Shown piece after piece: positions 9,817 through 20,073 of a stretch of DNA of 64,000 nucleotides. The first letter of the stretch is position 1, and the number at the start of each line of letters is the position of its first letter. Below the pieces are notes generated by a model that had not been told where the DNA came from, made no database searches, and saw only the letters and a list, made by a program, of their open reading frames with translations. Made by a program: the position numbers and the translations under genes. Source of the DNA: Synergistales bacterium (GTDB lineage Bacteria; Synergistota; Synergistia; Synergistales; JAFGMB01); contig OY762654.1 of assembly GCA_963666205.1 (NCBI GenBank), positions 2,080,001 to 2,144,000 on the forward strand, in the 5' to 3' direction.

Positions 9817-10791
9817 TTGGAGAATGGGGGAAGTATCTTGCTGGTATCTGAGATCAGGAGAGTATGTATTCTTGGTGCTGGAACAATGGGGTCTGCCATT
9901 GCCCTTAATTTTGCAGTTAAGGGCTTTGACGTCAATCTTTATGATGTTTCAGATGAAGCCCTTGAAAGAGGTTATTCTTCCATAAGGAATTCTCTCCAGG
10001 TTCTGGTAGATAACGATCTGGTGGGACAGGATGAAGTTCCTGGAATTATGGACAGGATAAAGGGATGTACAACCCTCGAAGATGCTTCAGAGGAGGCCTC
10101 CTTCGTTATCGAATGTGCCCCTGAAAAACTTGAACTCAAGCAGAAACTTTTCAGGGACCTTGAAGATTATTTTCCCGATGATGCCATATTCGCTTCCAAT
10201 ACTTCAAGCCTGAGTCCTACAGAGATAGCTTCATTACTTTCGCACAAAGAGAGATTTACAGCGTCTAACTTCTGGAATCCTGCTCATCTTCTTCCCCTTG
10301 TTGAAATAATGCCTGGAGAGGAAACATCCATGGAAACGGTCCTTGCAGCAAGGGCTCTGATGGAGCAGATAGGGAAAAAACCGGTTGTACTGACCAGGGA
10401 AACGCCAGGATTTCTGGGTAATCGCCTTCAGTTTGCCCTGCTGAGGGAAGCTCTATACCTTGTAGACTCGGGAATAGCGACCAAAGAAGATGTAGATGCT
10501 GCTGTAAAGTATGGTATAGGAAGAAGATTGGGCGACACCGGCCCCCTGGAAACAGCCGACCTGGGAGGGACCCACGTATTCTCGGCTATCTGCGACTCCC
10601 TCTTCAGCGATCTCTGCAACTCGGATAAAGTTTCTCCTTCTCTGATAGAAGCTGTAAAAAATGGCCATCTTGGCTATACCACTGGCAAAGGACTTTACGA
10701 ATGGACCGAAGAGGAGCTTGTCGAGGTCCAGCGTAACAGGCAGAGGACTCTTATAGACTGGCTCCGAAGGGATAAGGAACGGGAAGAATAG
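9817..10791 (+). CDS. 3-hydroxyacyl-CoA dehydrogenase family protein
   Basis: GAGTMG, ASNTSS, PGFLGNRLQ, GPLETAD. The start may be TTG at 9838. Confidence 0.9.
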   Translation: MENGGSILLVSEIRRVCILGAGTMGSAIALNFAVKGFDVNLYDVSDEALERGYSSIRNSLQVLVDNDLVGQDEVPGIMDRIKGCTTLEDASEEASFVIECAPEKLELKQKLFRDLEDYFPDDAIFASNTSSLSPTEIASLLSHKERFTASNFWNPAHLLPLVEIMPGEETSMETVLAARALMEQIGKKPVVLTRETPGFLGNRLQFALLREALYLVDSGIATKEDVDAAVKYGIGRRLGDTGPLETADLGGTHVFSAICDSLFSDLCNSDKVSPSLIEAVKNGHLGYTTGKGLYEWTEEELVEVQRNRQRTLIDWLRRDKEREE

Positions 10792-10830
10792 GGTTATCTG
10801 AACAATTGAGGAGAAATAAAAACAAAAGCA

Positions 10831-12102
10831 ATGGCTGACCTTTATCCTTACCTTAAGGAACTGGAAAATAAAAAAATACTCGGGATCAACCCTCCCGTTT
10901 TCGATTTTGCCTATTTTGACCTGTGGGCGAAACCCCTTGGATTGCTGTACATCCTTCAATGGCTGAGATACAGGGGAAACCAGGTTGAACTCATAGACTG
11001 CATCTACGAAGCCAGAGACAGGGCAAAGACCTTCGGTCGTTATGTGCCCCGCCGGAGAAAGATGGAAAAGCCTGCTCCCTATCGGAATATACCGAGAAAT
11101 TACTGGCATTTCGGCCTGAACGAAGAAGAGTTCATCTCCAGGCTTGAAAGGCTGGAAAAGCCGGATGTGATCCTCCTGACTTCCACCATGACCTACTGGT
11201 ATGGTGGTGTCTTCTGGTGTATAGAGCAGATAAAAAGGGTGTTCCCTAATGTTCCCATCCTGCTGGGAGGTATCTATGCCCGCCTTTGTCCGGACCATGC
11301 CCTTCTTTCCGGAGCCGATCATGTGCAGACAGGACCCTTTCCCATTGAAGCCCCGTATCCCGCCATGGATCTTTATAAGGATCCCGAATACGGAATAAGC
11401 ATCACATCCTGGGGCTGTCCCATGGGATGTGACTATTGTGCGTCTAATATCCTGTGTCCTGACTTCTGCCAGAGAGGGGTAGATGAAGTAGTGAGGGAGA
11501 TGGAGTTTCAGCTTTTGTCAGGAACTATGACAGACATGGCCTTTTACGACGATGCCCTCCTTGTGAACAGGGAGGAGCATTTTTACCCCATCTGCGATCA
11601 GATATTGAAACGGTTCAGCCATATAAGGTTTCATACCCCTAACGGTCTCCATGTTCGTCGCCTGGATGAAAAGTGTTCAGAATATATTTTCAGGACAGGT
11701 ATCCGGACCATAAGGCTCAGCCTGGAGAGCGTGGATCCCGAAGTACAGAAGGAGAGCTCTTCGAAGGTTTCCAGACAGCAGTACCGGATGGGTGTGGAGA
11801 ATCTCCTCAAGGCCGGTTACCATCATGAAGACCTTGAGACATATGTATTAGCCGGTCTTCCCGGACAGAGCATGGAAGGCATTAAAGAAACCATAGCCTT
11901 TGTAAAGGATCTGGGGGCCAGGGTCAGGATAGCCCAGTTCTCACCCATACCCGGAACTTCCCTGTATAAGCAGGCCGTTAAAAAAGTTCCGGCACTGGCA
12001 GAAGAACCCCTCCTGCACAATAACACTGTTTACAGTTCCTGGGTTTCAAAGGAGATCCCTCCTGCAGAGCTCCAGGAACTGAAAGACTTTTCCCGCCAGT
12101 AA
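10831..12102 (+). CDS. B12-binding radical SAM protein
   Basis: KPLGLLYI, LGGIYA, GCPMGCDYC. Confidence 0.88.
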   Translation: MADLYPYLKELENKKILGINPPVFDFAYFDLWAKPLGLLYILQWLRYRGNQVELIDCIYEARDRAKTFGRYVPRRRKMEKPAPYRNIPRNYWHFGLNEEEFISRLERLEKPDVILLTSTMTYWYGGVFWCIEQIKRVFPNVPILLGGIYARLCPDHALLSGADHVQTGPFPIEAPYPAMDLYKDPEYGISITSWGCPMGCDYCASNILCPDFCQRGVDEVVREMEFQLLSGTMTDMAFYDDALLVNREEHFYPICDQILKRFSHIRFHTPNGLHVRRLDEKCSEYIFRTGIRTIRLSLESVDPEVQKESSSKVSRQQYRMGVENLLKAGYHHEDLETYVLAGLPGQSMEGIKETIAFVKDLGARVRIAQFSPIPGTSLYKQAVKKVPALAEEPLLHNNTVYSSWVSKEIPPAELQELKDFSRQ

Positions 12103-12143
12103 ACTCCGGGTTTTCTATTTTGGATGTTTTATCACAAAAGAAT

Positions 12144-12174
12144 GGGGTCAGACCTTGATTTTAACCGTATGTAT
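12144..12174 (+). repeat. GGGGTC-site, subtype A
   Basis: GGGGTCAGACCTTGATTTTAACCGTATGTAT, identical to 19540-19570(-) and 55302-55332. Confidence 0.95.
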
Positions 12175-12254
12175 TCAGTATTAACAAACAGGATGCGCTT
12201 CAGCGTACCGATAAACTGCGGGAATACACCTCTTCTGGTCCTGTCTTTACAGGA

Positions 12255-12857
12255 TCACGAGAGATGCAATAGGCTGAAGGCCGTATATACCAGCAGAATA
12301 CTGAGGGATATATTGATGTACTTCTTCAGTTTCGGGTCGCTTATCGTCCTTTTCAGGGCTGTTCCGCATAGAGCCCATAGAGCTACGGAACTGAAGCCAA
12401 TAATTCCCAGGAGTAACGCCGACATTACAAGAGTTGCAGGTTGACCCGCAAGGGGGTTCAGAAAGGTAGTGTAAAGGGTGATGCCGTAAATTATAACCTT
12501 GACATTTACTACCTGGAGAAAAACTCCCTTTATAAAACCCATCCTTGCTATATCATTATCCCCTTCAAAGGCATAGCTTGATCTGAGGGTCCCGTAGGCC
12601 AGCCACATAATATAGCTGAAGCCGATCCAGCGAAGCCATTGGGATACTGAAGGCAGCAGTTTTATCATAAGGCTGGACATGGTTCCGCAGAGGAGCATCA
12701 TCAGTATGAACCCTGAAGAAACTCCAAGCAGATATGGCAATGATCTGAAAAACCCGAAGACAAGGCCCATGGAGGCGCTGGATACATTGTTTGGTCCGGG
12801 AGTATAAGAGGTTACTGCAACAAAGGTAAGAAGGGGGACAAGGTCAAGGGCTTCCAT
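12255..12857 (-). CDS. LysE-family amino acid exporter
   Basis: TPGPNN motif and multiple TM segments. Start at 12857 follows GGAGG. Confidence 0.88.
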   Translation of the reverse strand: MEALDLVPLLTFVAVTSYTPGPNNVSSASMGLVFGFFRSLPYLLGVSSGFILMMLLCGTMSSLMIKLLPSVSQWLRWIGFSYIMWLAYGTLRSSYAFEGDNDIARMGFIKGVFLQVVNVKVIIYGITLYTTFLNPLAGQPATLVMSALLLGIIGFSSVALWALCGTALKRTISDPKLKKYINISLSILLVYTAFSLLHLS

Positions 12858-12877
12858 CAGGATTGCCTCCATTATCG

Positions 12878-12900
12878 ATTGGATTTAAGATTAGTCCAAT
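12878..12900. promoter_or_regulatory. Possible operator between the divergent lysE-like and ybaK-like genes
   Basis: ATTGGA-N11-TCCAAT inverted repeat. Confidence 0.35.
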
Positions 12901-12966
12901 TCTACATTACTCACAGTGAAAAAGCACATTAATTATCTGGTAGAGATCCTGAAAAGAGGTATCTGG

Positions 12967-13455
12967 ATGCAGAAAAAAGATAAAGTCTACGAAGTACTCC
13001 GTAATCTTGCTATCGATTATAAAGTGGTAACCCATCCTGCGGTATTCACCTCCGCCGAGGCTGAGCAGTACAGAACCCTTTTTGAAGGAGCGAGATGCAA
13101 AAATCTTTTTCTCAGGAACGGAAAGGGGGATGCTCATTACCTGGTTATCATTGACCAGGCTAAAGACATGCACCTCAGGGAGCTTGCCCTTGAATTGGGA
13201 GAAAAAAGGCTCGGATTCGCTTCTCCGGAAAGGCTGGAGAGATACCTGGGACTGACGCCAGGTTCTGTGTCTGTCTTCGGCCTGATCAGCAATATCGACA
13301 AGAATGTTGTAGTTGTAATTGATGAGGACCTTCAAAAGGAAGAAAAGATAAACTTCCATCCCAATATCAATACTGAAACGCTGACTATTTTATACAGTGA
13401 TCTTTTAAAATTTCTTCGCTGGACAGGAAACAGGGTTATAATTCAGAGGCTGTAG
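12967..13455 (+). CDS. YbaK/ProX-type aminoacyl-tRNA editing protein
   Basis: HPAVFT, CKNLFL, LGLTPGSVS, FHPNINT. Confidence 0.9.
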   Translation: MQKKDKVYEVLRNLAIDYKVVTHPAVFTSAEAEQYRTLFEGARCKNLFLRNGKGDAHYLVIIDQAKDMHLRELALELGEKRLGFASPERLERYLGLTPGSVSVFGLISNIDKNVVVVIDEDLQKEEKINFHPNINTETLTILYSDLLKFLRWTGNRVIIQRL

Positions 13456-13486
13456 ATCTTTTCAACCTTCCGGGGGAGGTATTTTT

Positions 13487-14401
13487 TTGTTAACAGGTAC
13501 GGATAGAAAGGTAGTTCTTGCTGATCTTGCAATGGTCTTCATCGCAATTTTCTGGGGTTCCGGTTTTGGTGTCAGTAACATGCTCCTTCGGCAGATCAGC
13601 CCTCTCTGGCTGATATCCCTCAGGTTTATCTTCAGTGCCATAATTGTTGTAGTGATATTCTGGCGCAGAGTTATGCTCCTGACCAGAAAAGACATGGTCC
13701 TGGCCTCTTTTGGAGGGCTTATCCTCGCTGGAGCATTTATCGCCCACATTCTTGGTCTTAACATAACCACCCCTGGTAAACAGGGATTTATTCAAAGCAC
13801 CAGTGTCATAATGGTTCCCATATTCTATGCCATTCTTTACCGGAAATCTCCGGGTCTGCTGAGTTTTCTCGGAGCTATCCTGACCACCCTTGGACTCCTT
13901 GTGATGGCTTTTACTCCAGGAATGACCTTTAACCTTGGAGACGCCCTTTCCCTGGTTCTTGCCCTTTTTGTAGCCTTCAATGTTCTTTCCGTAGGCAATT
14001 TCAGCCGTCGAATGGATCCTTTGGGCTATGCAGTGGTTTCCTTTATCTCTTCCGCAGTCATAATCACTGCCTTTGCCATTATCTTTGAACCATTTCCAAA
14101 ACTTGGCGGACTTGGTCTTTCCTTCTGGGTGAACCTTGCCTACGTGATAGTGATGGTCACTGTTGTCCCTTTCCTGATCCAGCCCATGGCTCAGAGATAT
14201 TCCCCGGATACACACGCAGCCATCCTCCAGTCCACAGAATGTCTCTGGGGATATGCAATAGCTATAGCGATCGGAGAGGAGATGCTCAACTGGCAGGTTT
14301 TGCTGGGAGGAATGATAATTTTCCTTGGTGTAATGGTTACAGAATCAGAAATGTTCTTTAAAAAAAGGAACAACAAGGATGGGGAAAATATTACAGAATA
14401 A
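13487..14401 (+). CDS. DMT/EamA family transporter
   Basis: FWGSGF, LRF, about 10 TM segments in two repeats. Confidence 0.9.
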   Translation: MLTGTDRKVVLADLAMVFIAIFWGSGFGVSNMLLRQISPLWLISLRFIFSAIIVVVIFWRRVMLLTRKDMVLASFGGLILAGAFIAHILGLNITTPGKQGFIQSTSVIMVPIFYAILYRKSPGLLSFLGAILTTLGLLVMAFTPGMTFNLGDALSLVLALFVAFNVLSVGNFSRRMDPLGYAVVSFISSAVIITAFAIIFEPFPKLGGLGLSFWVNLAYVIVMVTVVPFLIQPMAQRYSPDTHAAILQSTECLWGYAIAIAIGEEMLNWQVLLGGMIIFLGVMVTESEMFFKKRNNKDGENITE

Positions 14402-14430
14402 TCCTCTGATCGGGATATGAGTACAGAAAA

Positions 14431-14455
14431 AAGGCACCCGTTGAGGGGTGCCTTC
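14431..14455. terminator. Hairpin terminator
   Basis: AAGGCACCC-GTTGAG-GGGTGCCTT between convergent genes. Confidence 0.7.
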
Positions 14456-14484
14456 ATATTTTAAGCACTATCAGCGGGAAAGGC

Positions 14485-15054
14485 TCACATGGTCAGTTTT
14501 GTGTAACCCTCCGGGAGCTCGAAAGTATCAGCGGAAATATCCCCCTTTTCTATATTTGAATAGAGGATTGTGACCGTATCCTGGGGTGATTCCGAGTGTA
14601 TCTTCAGGGGATAGTTGAGTTTCCTGGCCACCCACACAAGAGATTTTCCGAACTGGGGATCATCGTATTCCACGGAATAGTGATCACATTTGTAGCCCTC
14701 TATATCCTCCGTTCCCAGCTTTGTCACTTTGCCCATATCCTTGTATTTGTCCTCAATGGATTCCGACTCGGCAAGAGAAACCTGGTTATTGGGAAATTCC
14801 ATGTACATCTGCTGTCCCGGTATTAAAACGTACATCATGTTGCTGCTTGCGTTCACGATTGAAACCTGGGTTCCCATCGGTGTCAGGATCTCCTGGCGAA
14901 GGGAGTTGCCTTTCACAAAAACTTTTCCGGTCATTTCGCCCCCTGCAGCACTCTGGATCAGCATATCCGCCTTGAACTCTGCCGCGCCGGCGAAGGAGAC
15001 AAAAAGCCCCAGGAGCAGTAATGCAGCAGCAACCCTTACTGAGTTTCTATACAT
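14485..15054 (-). CDS. DUF4412/LolA-like exported protein
   Basis: Signal peptide, then AEFKADM, LGTEDIEGYKC and a terminal FELPEGY. Confidence 0.75.
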   Translation of the reverse strand: MYRNSVRVAAALLLLGLFVSFAGAAEFKADMLIQSAAGGEMTGKVFVKGNSLRQEILTPMGTQVSIVNASSNMMYVLIPGQQMYMEFPNNQVSLAESESIEDKYKDMGKVTKLGTEDIEGYKCDHYSVEYDDPQFGKSLVWVARKLNYPLKIHSESPQDTVTILYSNIEKGDISADTFELPEGYTKLTM

Positions 15055-15236
15055 CTTCGGACCCCTCCTTGTTGAATTGCTTTCATGATAACAATAATAT
15101 GTATTATTCTCTGTCCATTCTACTATGATTTTCATAAATCAGTTTTTCCTTACATTTAGCCTTCCTTCCAAGATAATCAGCTCGATAAAAAACACAGGAG
15201 TGCTTCTGCGCACCAGAAAGACTGGCAAAAAGATGA

Positions 15237-16451
15237 TCAGCCCTTTTGATTCCGGGAATCACTCCATTCCAGGAACCATAGGGAGAAATCGCTGTAGGGA
15301 CTGTAACTTAAATCCATATTGTCCTCTATAAGTTTACGGAACCTGTTCCACCAGTAAGGTTTCCTGTGTTCTGTTATTTCAAGCCCTGAAATAAGGACTT
15401 TCAATTCCTCCAGGTCATATGGCACATGAAAACCCCACTCAGAAGGATCTTCAGAGTTGAACATCAAAGCCAGTATTCCTCTCAGGCATTTTTCACAATA
15501 TCCGCAATTATTCACAGCATTTCCTGACATTTCGTCAAGACAGATCCTGAGGAAAGGTTTTTCAAGATATGGGTGTCTTCTGTAGAAGGATACTATCTCA
15601 GTAACCTTATCTGTCCATATGAGATCTGCATCGGTGTAATCCACCTGAATACCATTGACCTTGAGATTAGGTTCAAGGAAAAGATGGGATCCCCAGGCGT
15701 ACTCTTTACGATGAGTACCAACAGATGATGAAAAAAGGATTTTGTCCCATCCGGAATATGCGGCGAGGGGGAAGGCTAATCCCGCAAGTCCGATACCATG
15801 TTGGACCTTCCCGTACCATGGTTTGAGCTGTGGATATTCCACGTGGATACCTCCGCAGCGAAGAAGTCCGAAGGTGTTGGCGTAGACCTGTCTTGTCCTG
15901 AAATGAAAAATATCGGCAAAATCATTGACCTTTTTCCGTACAGCATTCCATGCATTATCATTATACAGAGAGATATCATGTCCTCTTATTGTAAGCAGTA
16001 CGGTTTCTTCTGGTTCACAGTGCAGGGCGGAACAGGTCGAATCAACTCCTCCTGAGAAAAACAGAACCTGTGAAGGTGTTTTTCCTCTATGTTCTGAGAT
16101 GCTGTTTTTTCTCAGGCCATAAGGGACAAGTTCCCCTTCCCATGGAATTTCCGGGTACATCCTTCTGAAGCCGTCCCGGATCTTTTCAAGACTGCAGAAG
16201 AGGTCTTCATCCATGTTATCGATGCTGTAATTTCCACCCAGGATCCAGAGAAAGGGAGCCACGTTCAGAAGAAATGGGGTTATTAGTATGGAATGGTCCA
16301 ACTCCCTGAGATCGATCTCTCCATCATATCCGACTGAAAAGGGTGCTCGTAAAAAGGATTCCAGAGGAGGTCCTGGAAAAACTGTTACTTTATCAGGATC
16401 TACCTGTACTTTTGAAATAATATTCTTTTCAGTAATTGTTATGGCAGGCAA
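15237..16451 (-). CDS. Hypothetical PP-loop (QueC-fold-like) protein
   Basis: FFSGGVDS and C-x10-CGYCEKC. Confidence 0.6.
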   Translation of the reverse strand: MPAITITEKNIISKVQVDPDKVTVFPGPPLESFLRAPFSVGYDGEIDLRELDHSILITPFLLNVAPFLWILGGNYSIDNMDEDLFCSLEKIRDGFRRMYPEIPWEGELVPYGLRKNSISEHRGKTPSQVLFFSGGVDSTCSALHCEPEETVLLTIRGHDISLYNDNAWNAVRKKVNDFADIFHFRTRQVYANTFGLLRCGGIHVEYPQLKPWYGKVQHGIGLAGLAFPLAAYSGWDKILFSSSVGTHRKEYAWGSHLFLEPNLKVNGIQVDYTDADLIWTDKVTEIVSFYRRHPYLEKPFLRICLDEMSGNAVNNCGYCEKCLRGILALMFNSEDPSEWGFHVPYDLEELKVLISGLEITEHRKPYWWNRFRKLIEDNMDLSYSPYSDFSLWFLEWSDSRNQKG

Positions 16452-16565
16452 TATTTCAGTTCCTTTCGGTTTGTTTCAGGATAAGGACAACAGACATGGC
16501 ATAATAAAGTTTCTCTAAAACTCGCTGTTTTACCCAGGGCCACAAAAAACCGGTAGGGGCCTTTT

Positions 16566-16901
16566 CTAGAGAGGCTCTTCCTCTTCAGTATCGGAGATAC
16601 TTTGTAGCAGAAGTTTTTTACTGAAACTTCCCCGTTGTTCTCTTTTGGTAAACCGTATCTCTTCAAGATCCTCCATGGTACAGCCATGGTGTTCCACGAG
16701 AACATAAAGGATTTCCAGTATATCAGCCAGTTTTTCAAGATCTTCGGAAGCCAGGTATTCCCTTACCACTTCGTCCAGTTTTTTATTCAGTTCTTCTTCG
16801 AATTCTGAAGGATTGAGAACTTTAACATTACACTTCTTGCCGGTCAACTCAATTATTTCAGGGATTTTATCTCGAATAAGCTTGTTATAGATCTTTTCCA
16901 A
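16566..16901 (-). CDS. MazG-like nucleoside triphosphate pyrophosphohydrolase
   Basis: YNKLIRDKIPEII, LADILE, KREQRGSF. Confidence 0.85.
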   Translation of the reverse strand: MEKIYNKLIRDKIPEIIELTGKKCNVKVLNPSEFEEELNKKLDEVVREYLASEDLEKLADILEILYVLVEHHGCTMEDLEEIRFTKREQRGSFSKKLLLQSISDTEEEEPL

Positions 16902-17221
16902 TCTCTATGCCTCCCCGTATGTTATTTCCTTGAATTTATTTTAATAGACCCTATAAGCCAATGTCGCTATTTTATGACACTTTAGGGATTTATGCATATC
17001 CTGAAAACTTAATGTATCCTGGACAGAGCAAACATACTGCAGCAGGGTTGGAACAAGCCATGGACTATTGGGAATGATTCAGATCAGCTTTCCAGGCTTC
17101 ACCATGGTTGAAAGAACCTGAAAATAGAAGAGAGCAGTAGCCTATCTCATCTTTATTGAAATGAAGGATTAATAATGTTAATCTTTGACTACCGACAACC
17201 TTGGGAGGAGGAATTTGATTT

Positions 17222-17677
17222 ATGAGACGCAAAGACAGGGAGATCACCGACATTAAAGAGCTAGAGGCTATACTTGAAAAAGGAACAGTATGTCACCTTG
17301 GTCTGAGTAACGATGATCAGCCCTATGTGGTTCCCATGAATTACGGCTACAACAACGGGTATTTGTATCTTCATTCAGCCCTTGAGGGCCTGAAGGCCGA
17401 TATGGCGAAGAAAAACCCGAAAGTCTGTTTCCAGGTAGATACGGATGTGGAAATAATCTCCAGTCCCGAGGCATGTGAATGGGGTTGCCGGTATAAGAGC
17501 GTAATAGGCACAGGATCGGTGGAATTTCCAGCAGATCCGGAACAGAAAGCAGAAGCTCTTAACATAATCATGGCGCACTACTCAGGAAAGACCTTCGAAT
17601 TCCCTCCCCAGGCCCTTGCAAGGGTCCTTGTCTGGAAGGTTAAAGTGGATACTCTCACAGGCAAGAAGTGCGGATGA
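17222..17677 (+). CDS. Pyridoxamine 5'-phosphate oxidase-like / NimA family flavin-binding protein
   Basis: MRRKDREI, PYVVPMNY, NPKVCF, YKSVIG, TGK. Confidence 0.9.
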   Translation: MRRKDREITDIKELEAILEKGTVCHLGLSNDDQPYVVPMNYGYNNGYLYLHSALEGLKADMAKKNPKVCFQVDTDVEIISSPEACEWGCRYKSVIGTGSVEFPADPEQKAEALNIIMAHYSGKTFEFPPQALARVLVWKVKVDTLTGKKCG

Positions 17678-17738
17678 TGCCTTTCTAAAGGCCAGTTATT
17701 GCTGTAGTTACTGAAATATTTATTGTAATCTCCTTATC

Positions 17739-18317
17739 ATGAGAGTTGAGAATTCATTGGAGGAACATATATTGACCTCTCGCTGTCCCTTAACTTTTAA
17801 GCGTAACAAAGCTTTTACTCTGGTAGAGCTGCTTATAACCATGATTATAATAGGCATCCTGGCCAGCGCTCTCCTTCTGGTGGCTGGAGGGGCAGAGGAA
17901 CGGGCCATGGCCAGCAGGATCCTGGAAGATGCCCGGACCATGAAGTCTGCAGCCCTGTTTTATAATTCCGATCATGACAGCTGGCCCATATGGGTGTTAT
18001 CCGGTCCGAATTACAGGAACATGGTCCCGGGACTTTCTGACGCATTGCCTTCAAAATACGTGGGGCACATCCCTGTGCGTGAGCAGTACTGGTTCGGAGT
18101 AGTTAACGATTCCACAGTTTCCTCCGGGGACGTAAAGGCTGCGGTGGTTCTCTATGATAGTGGACTTTCCTCCGGAGTCCGGAGAAGGATGGGGCTCATG
18201 GCGGAAGAAATGGGTATTTACGCCATGGATGATCCAGCTGCCAGAGATTTTTCCCTGGTCCATACCTATACTCCTTCCGACAGTAATATGATGTGGTTTA
18301 TCACGGCCAGGCCGTAA
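17739..18317 (+). CDS. Type IV pilin-like protein
   Basis: KA|FTLVELLITMIIIGILA prepilin motif with Ala at -1. Confidence 0.85.
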   Translation: MRVENSLEEHILTSRCPLTFKRNKAFTLVELLITMIIIGILASALLLVAGGAEERAMASRILEDARTMKSAALFYNSDHDSWPIWVLSGPNYRNMVPGLSDALPSKYVGHIPVREQYWFGVVNDSTVSSGDVKAAVVLYDSGLSSGVRRRMGLMAEEMGIYAMDDPAARDFSLVHTYTPSDSNMMWFITARP

Positions 18318-18347
18318 AAATAGAGAATATACAAATCTTTCGTTACA

Positions 18348-18373
18348 GGAGGCGGGGATAATTCCCCGCCTTC
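18348..18373. terminator. Hairpin terminator
   Basis: GGCGGGGA-TAAT-TCCCCGCC. Confidence 0.65.
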
Positions 18374-18405
18374 ATTATAGTCTTTACCTGGTTTCCGAAA
18401 TTATT

Positions 18406-18939
18406 TCAGCGGGAACCTTCGGTGAAAGTGTAATTTAGAGGTTTGAGATATTTTGCCATCAGAATGGCCACCAGGGTCAGGAGTGGCAGGGATACCACGT
18501 ATCGGATAACCGTAAAGGGGATTCCCAGGAAGGATATTTCGAAAAGGGTCATGGGGATCCTGCAGATAGCAGAAGCATTTATAAAAGTAAAAAGAACGCC
18601 CAGGGATGCACCCTTTTTTTGAAGGATATAACACAGGGGCAGAGTTACGTACAATCCTCCAACCATGGTCCCTGCAAGGAGAAAGGCCCAGAAATATCCT
18701 TTGAGGCCTGATTCTTCTCCAAGGTGTCTTTCTATCACTTCCCTTTTTACCCATACCTCGAAAAGACCGATCAGGATGAAAGCAGGTGGAAGAACCCCGG
18801 CCATTTCTTTAAGAAATGAAAGGAGGTTAAGGCCGCTTCTCTGTCCGGGAGCAAAACCTGTAAACATGGAAATAACGACAAAAAGAAGAAATCCTGCCAG
18901 AATCATGAGGGAATTTCGTGCTTTCTTCGGGATATTCAT
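18406..18939 (-). CDS. Permease (DUF318/ArsP-like half), subunit 2
   Basis: LIGLFEVWV, KKGAS, FEISFLG; hydrophobic. Confidence 0.8.
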   Translation of the reverse strand: MNIPKKARNSLMILAGFLLFVVISMFTGFAPGQRSGLNLLSFLKEMAGVLPPAFILIGLFEVWVKREVIERHLGEESGLKGYFWAFLLAGTMVGGLYVTLPLCYILQKKGASLGVLFTFINASAICRIPMTLFEISFLGIPFTVIRYVVSLPLLTLVAILMAKYLKPLNYTFTEGSR

Positions 18940-19421
18940 TACAGTATCTCTCCGAAGGCCAGACCGATAGCCAGGGCAACCACAAGGGCTATGACAAAGC
19001 TTGAGATGTTCCTGATCAGTGCCACCTTTGTGCCTAAAAAACTTTTCTCAAGGGGAAAACTTATAAAACCAACCATCATTAAAGTTGTTGTAAAGGCTGC
19101 CAGAACGGTGTAGGGGACACCCTTTTCCAGAAGGATGCCCGCTAGGGGAAATGCCACAAAACCAGGTATGGCGGTAATCGACCCTGTAAGAGCTCCAACA
19201 GCTGTTCCGAACCATAGCCCCTTTCCAGAGAGAACTTCGAGTATCGTCTTTTCAGAGATCAGCCCCAGGCTAAGAGATGTCAGGACGAGAACGGTAATGA
19301 ACACAGGGCATATTCTGCTGAAAATATTCCATGTCTTTTTGAGGGCCTGAAACGTTTTTTTCCTGTTACATAAAAAGGAAATTATCAGCCCTGAAAGGGC
19401 GGCTATCCATAATGGGATCAT
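18939..19421 (-). CDS. Permease (DUF318/ArsP-like half), subunit 1
   Basis: GSITAIPGFVAFPLA, FTTTLMMVG, ALIRN; coupled to subunit 2. Confidence 0.8.
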   Translation of the reverse strand: MIPLWIAALSGLIISFLCNRKKTFQALKKTWNIFSRICPVFITVLVLTSLSLGLISEKTILEVLSGKGLWFGTAVGALTGSITAIPGFVAFPLAGILLEKGVPYTVLAAFTTTLMMVGFISFPLEKSFLGTKVALIRNISSFVIALVVALAIGLAFGEIL

Positions 19422-19539
19422 ATCTATTTCACCTTGCCAGAAAATGAATAGGGGTATCAGGTGTTAATTCTGTATTTTAACAGTTTACTATGATATGGTG
19501 GGTATCTCAAGGGATGAATGTAACCATAGTATTAATAGT

Positions 19540-19570
19540 ATACATACGGTTAAAATCAAGGTCTGACCCC
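19540..19570 (-). repeat. GGGGTC-site, subtype A (inverted)
   Basis: Reverse complement is identical to 12144-12174. Confidence 0.95.
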
Positions 19571-19621
19571 ATTATTACTAAAGTATCGATATACGCTGGA
19601 GATCGATAATTGCTAGCCTTG

Positions 19622-19839
19622 GAAACCCATGACAATTTGAAAAATGTATCATTTTTCCGGGAATGGGAAAAAGTCACAGGCAAGATTACAAAAGTTTGCC
19701 GGTGGCTTGTTTCCATTGCAAACTTGCAAAAATTCCACCTTTGCAGGTATGTCATGGGTTCTGTAAGTAACAAGGTTTTATGATTTCCTCAGCGTACCTC
19801 TGCGTAGACTCAAGTCCTCTGCGTCCCCTGCGGTAAAAT
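19622..19839 (+). repeat. Dispersed repeat Y (~215 bp)
   Basis: Colinear similarity to the reverse complement of 45920-46125. Confidence 0.7.
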
Positions 19840-19875
19840 GGCGTTCTAAAGGGTTGCAACTTTATGTTAATGTTT

Positions 19876-20057
19876 TCCTCCGTGGTGAGAAAGGATTCTT
19901 GGTTTAGCTTAACGCTTCTCGATCGTGAAAAATGGAGTTTCTTTTTTCGCAGCATCACAAGGAGTGTCAAGGGCCGCAGGTCCGACCGTCCACGGTTTGT
20001 TTAGATGGGTTTTGGCGGATTTGTGTCTTTGCGGTGAGATGTTTTTTTGACTTTGAC
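19876..20057 (+). repeat. Dispersed repeat X
   Basis: Shares GTCCGACCGTCC and TTTTGGCGGATTTGTGTCTTTGCGGTGAGAT.TTTTTTGACTTTGA with 26113-26321. Confidence 0.85.
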
Positions 20058-20073
20058 CTCTTTTTTCATTAAT

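Noticed and set aside
17675-17707. Selenocysteine read-through of the TGA after KKCG
   Set aside because: The NimA-like domain is already complete, and the adjacent small hairpin is not convincingly SECIS-like.
12144-19570. Tn3-family transposon (GGGG-starting inverted repeats)
   Set aside because: No TnpA or resolvase, no 5-bp target duplication, and most copies of the family are in direct orientation.
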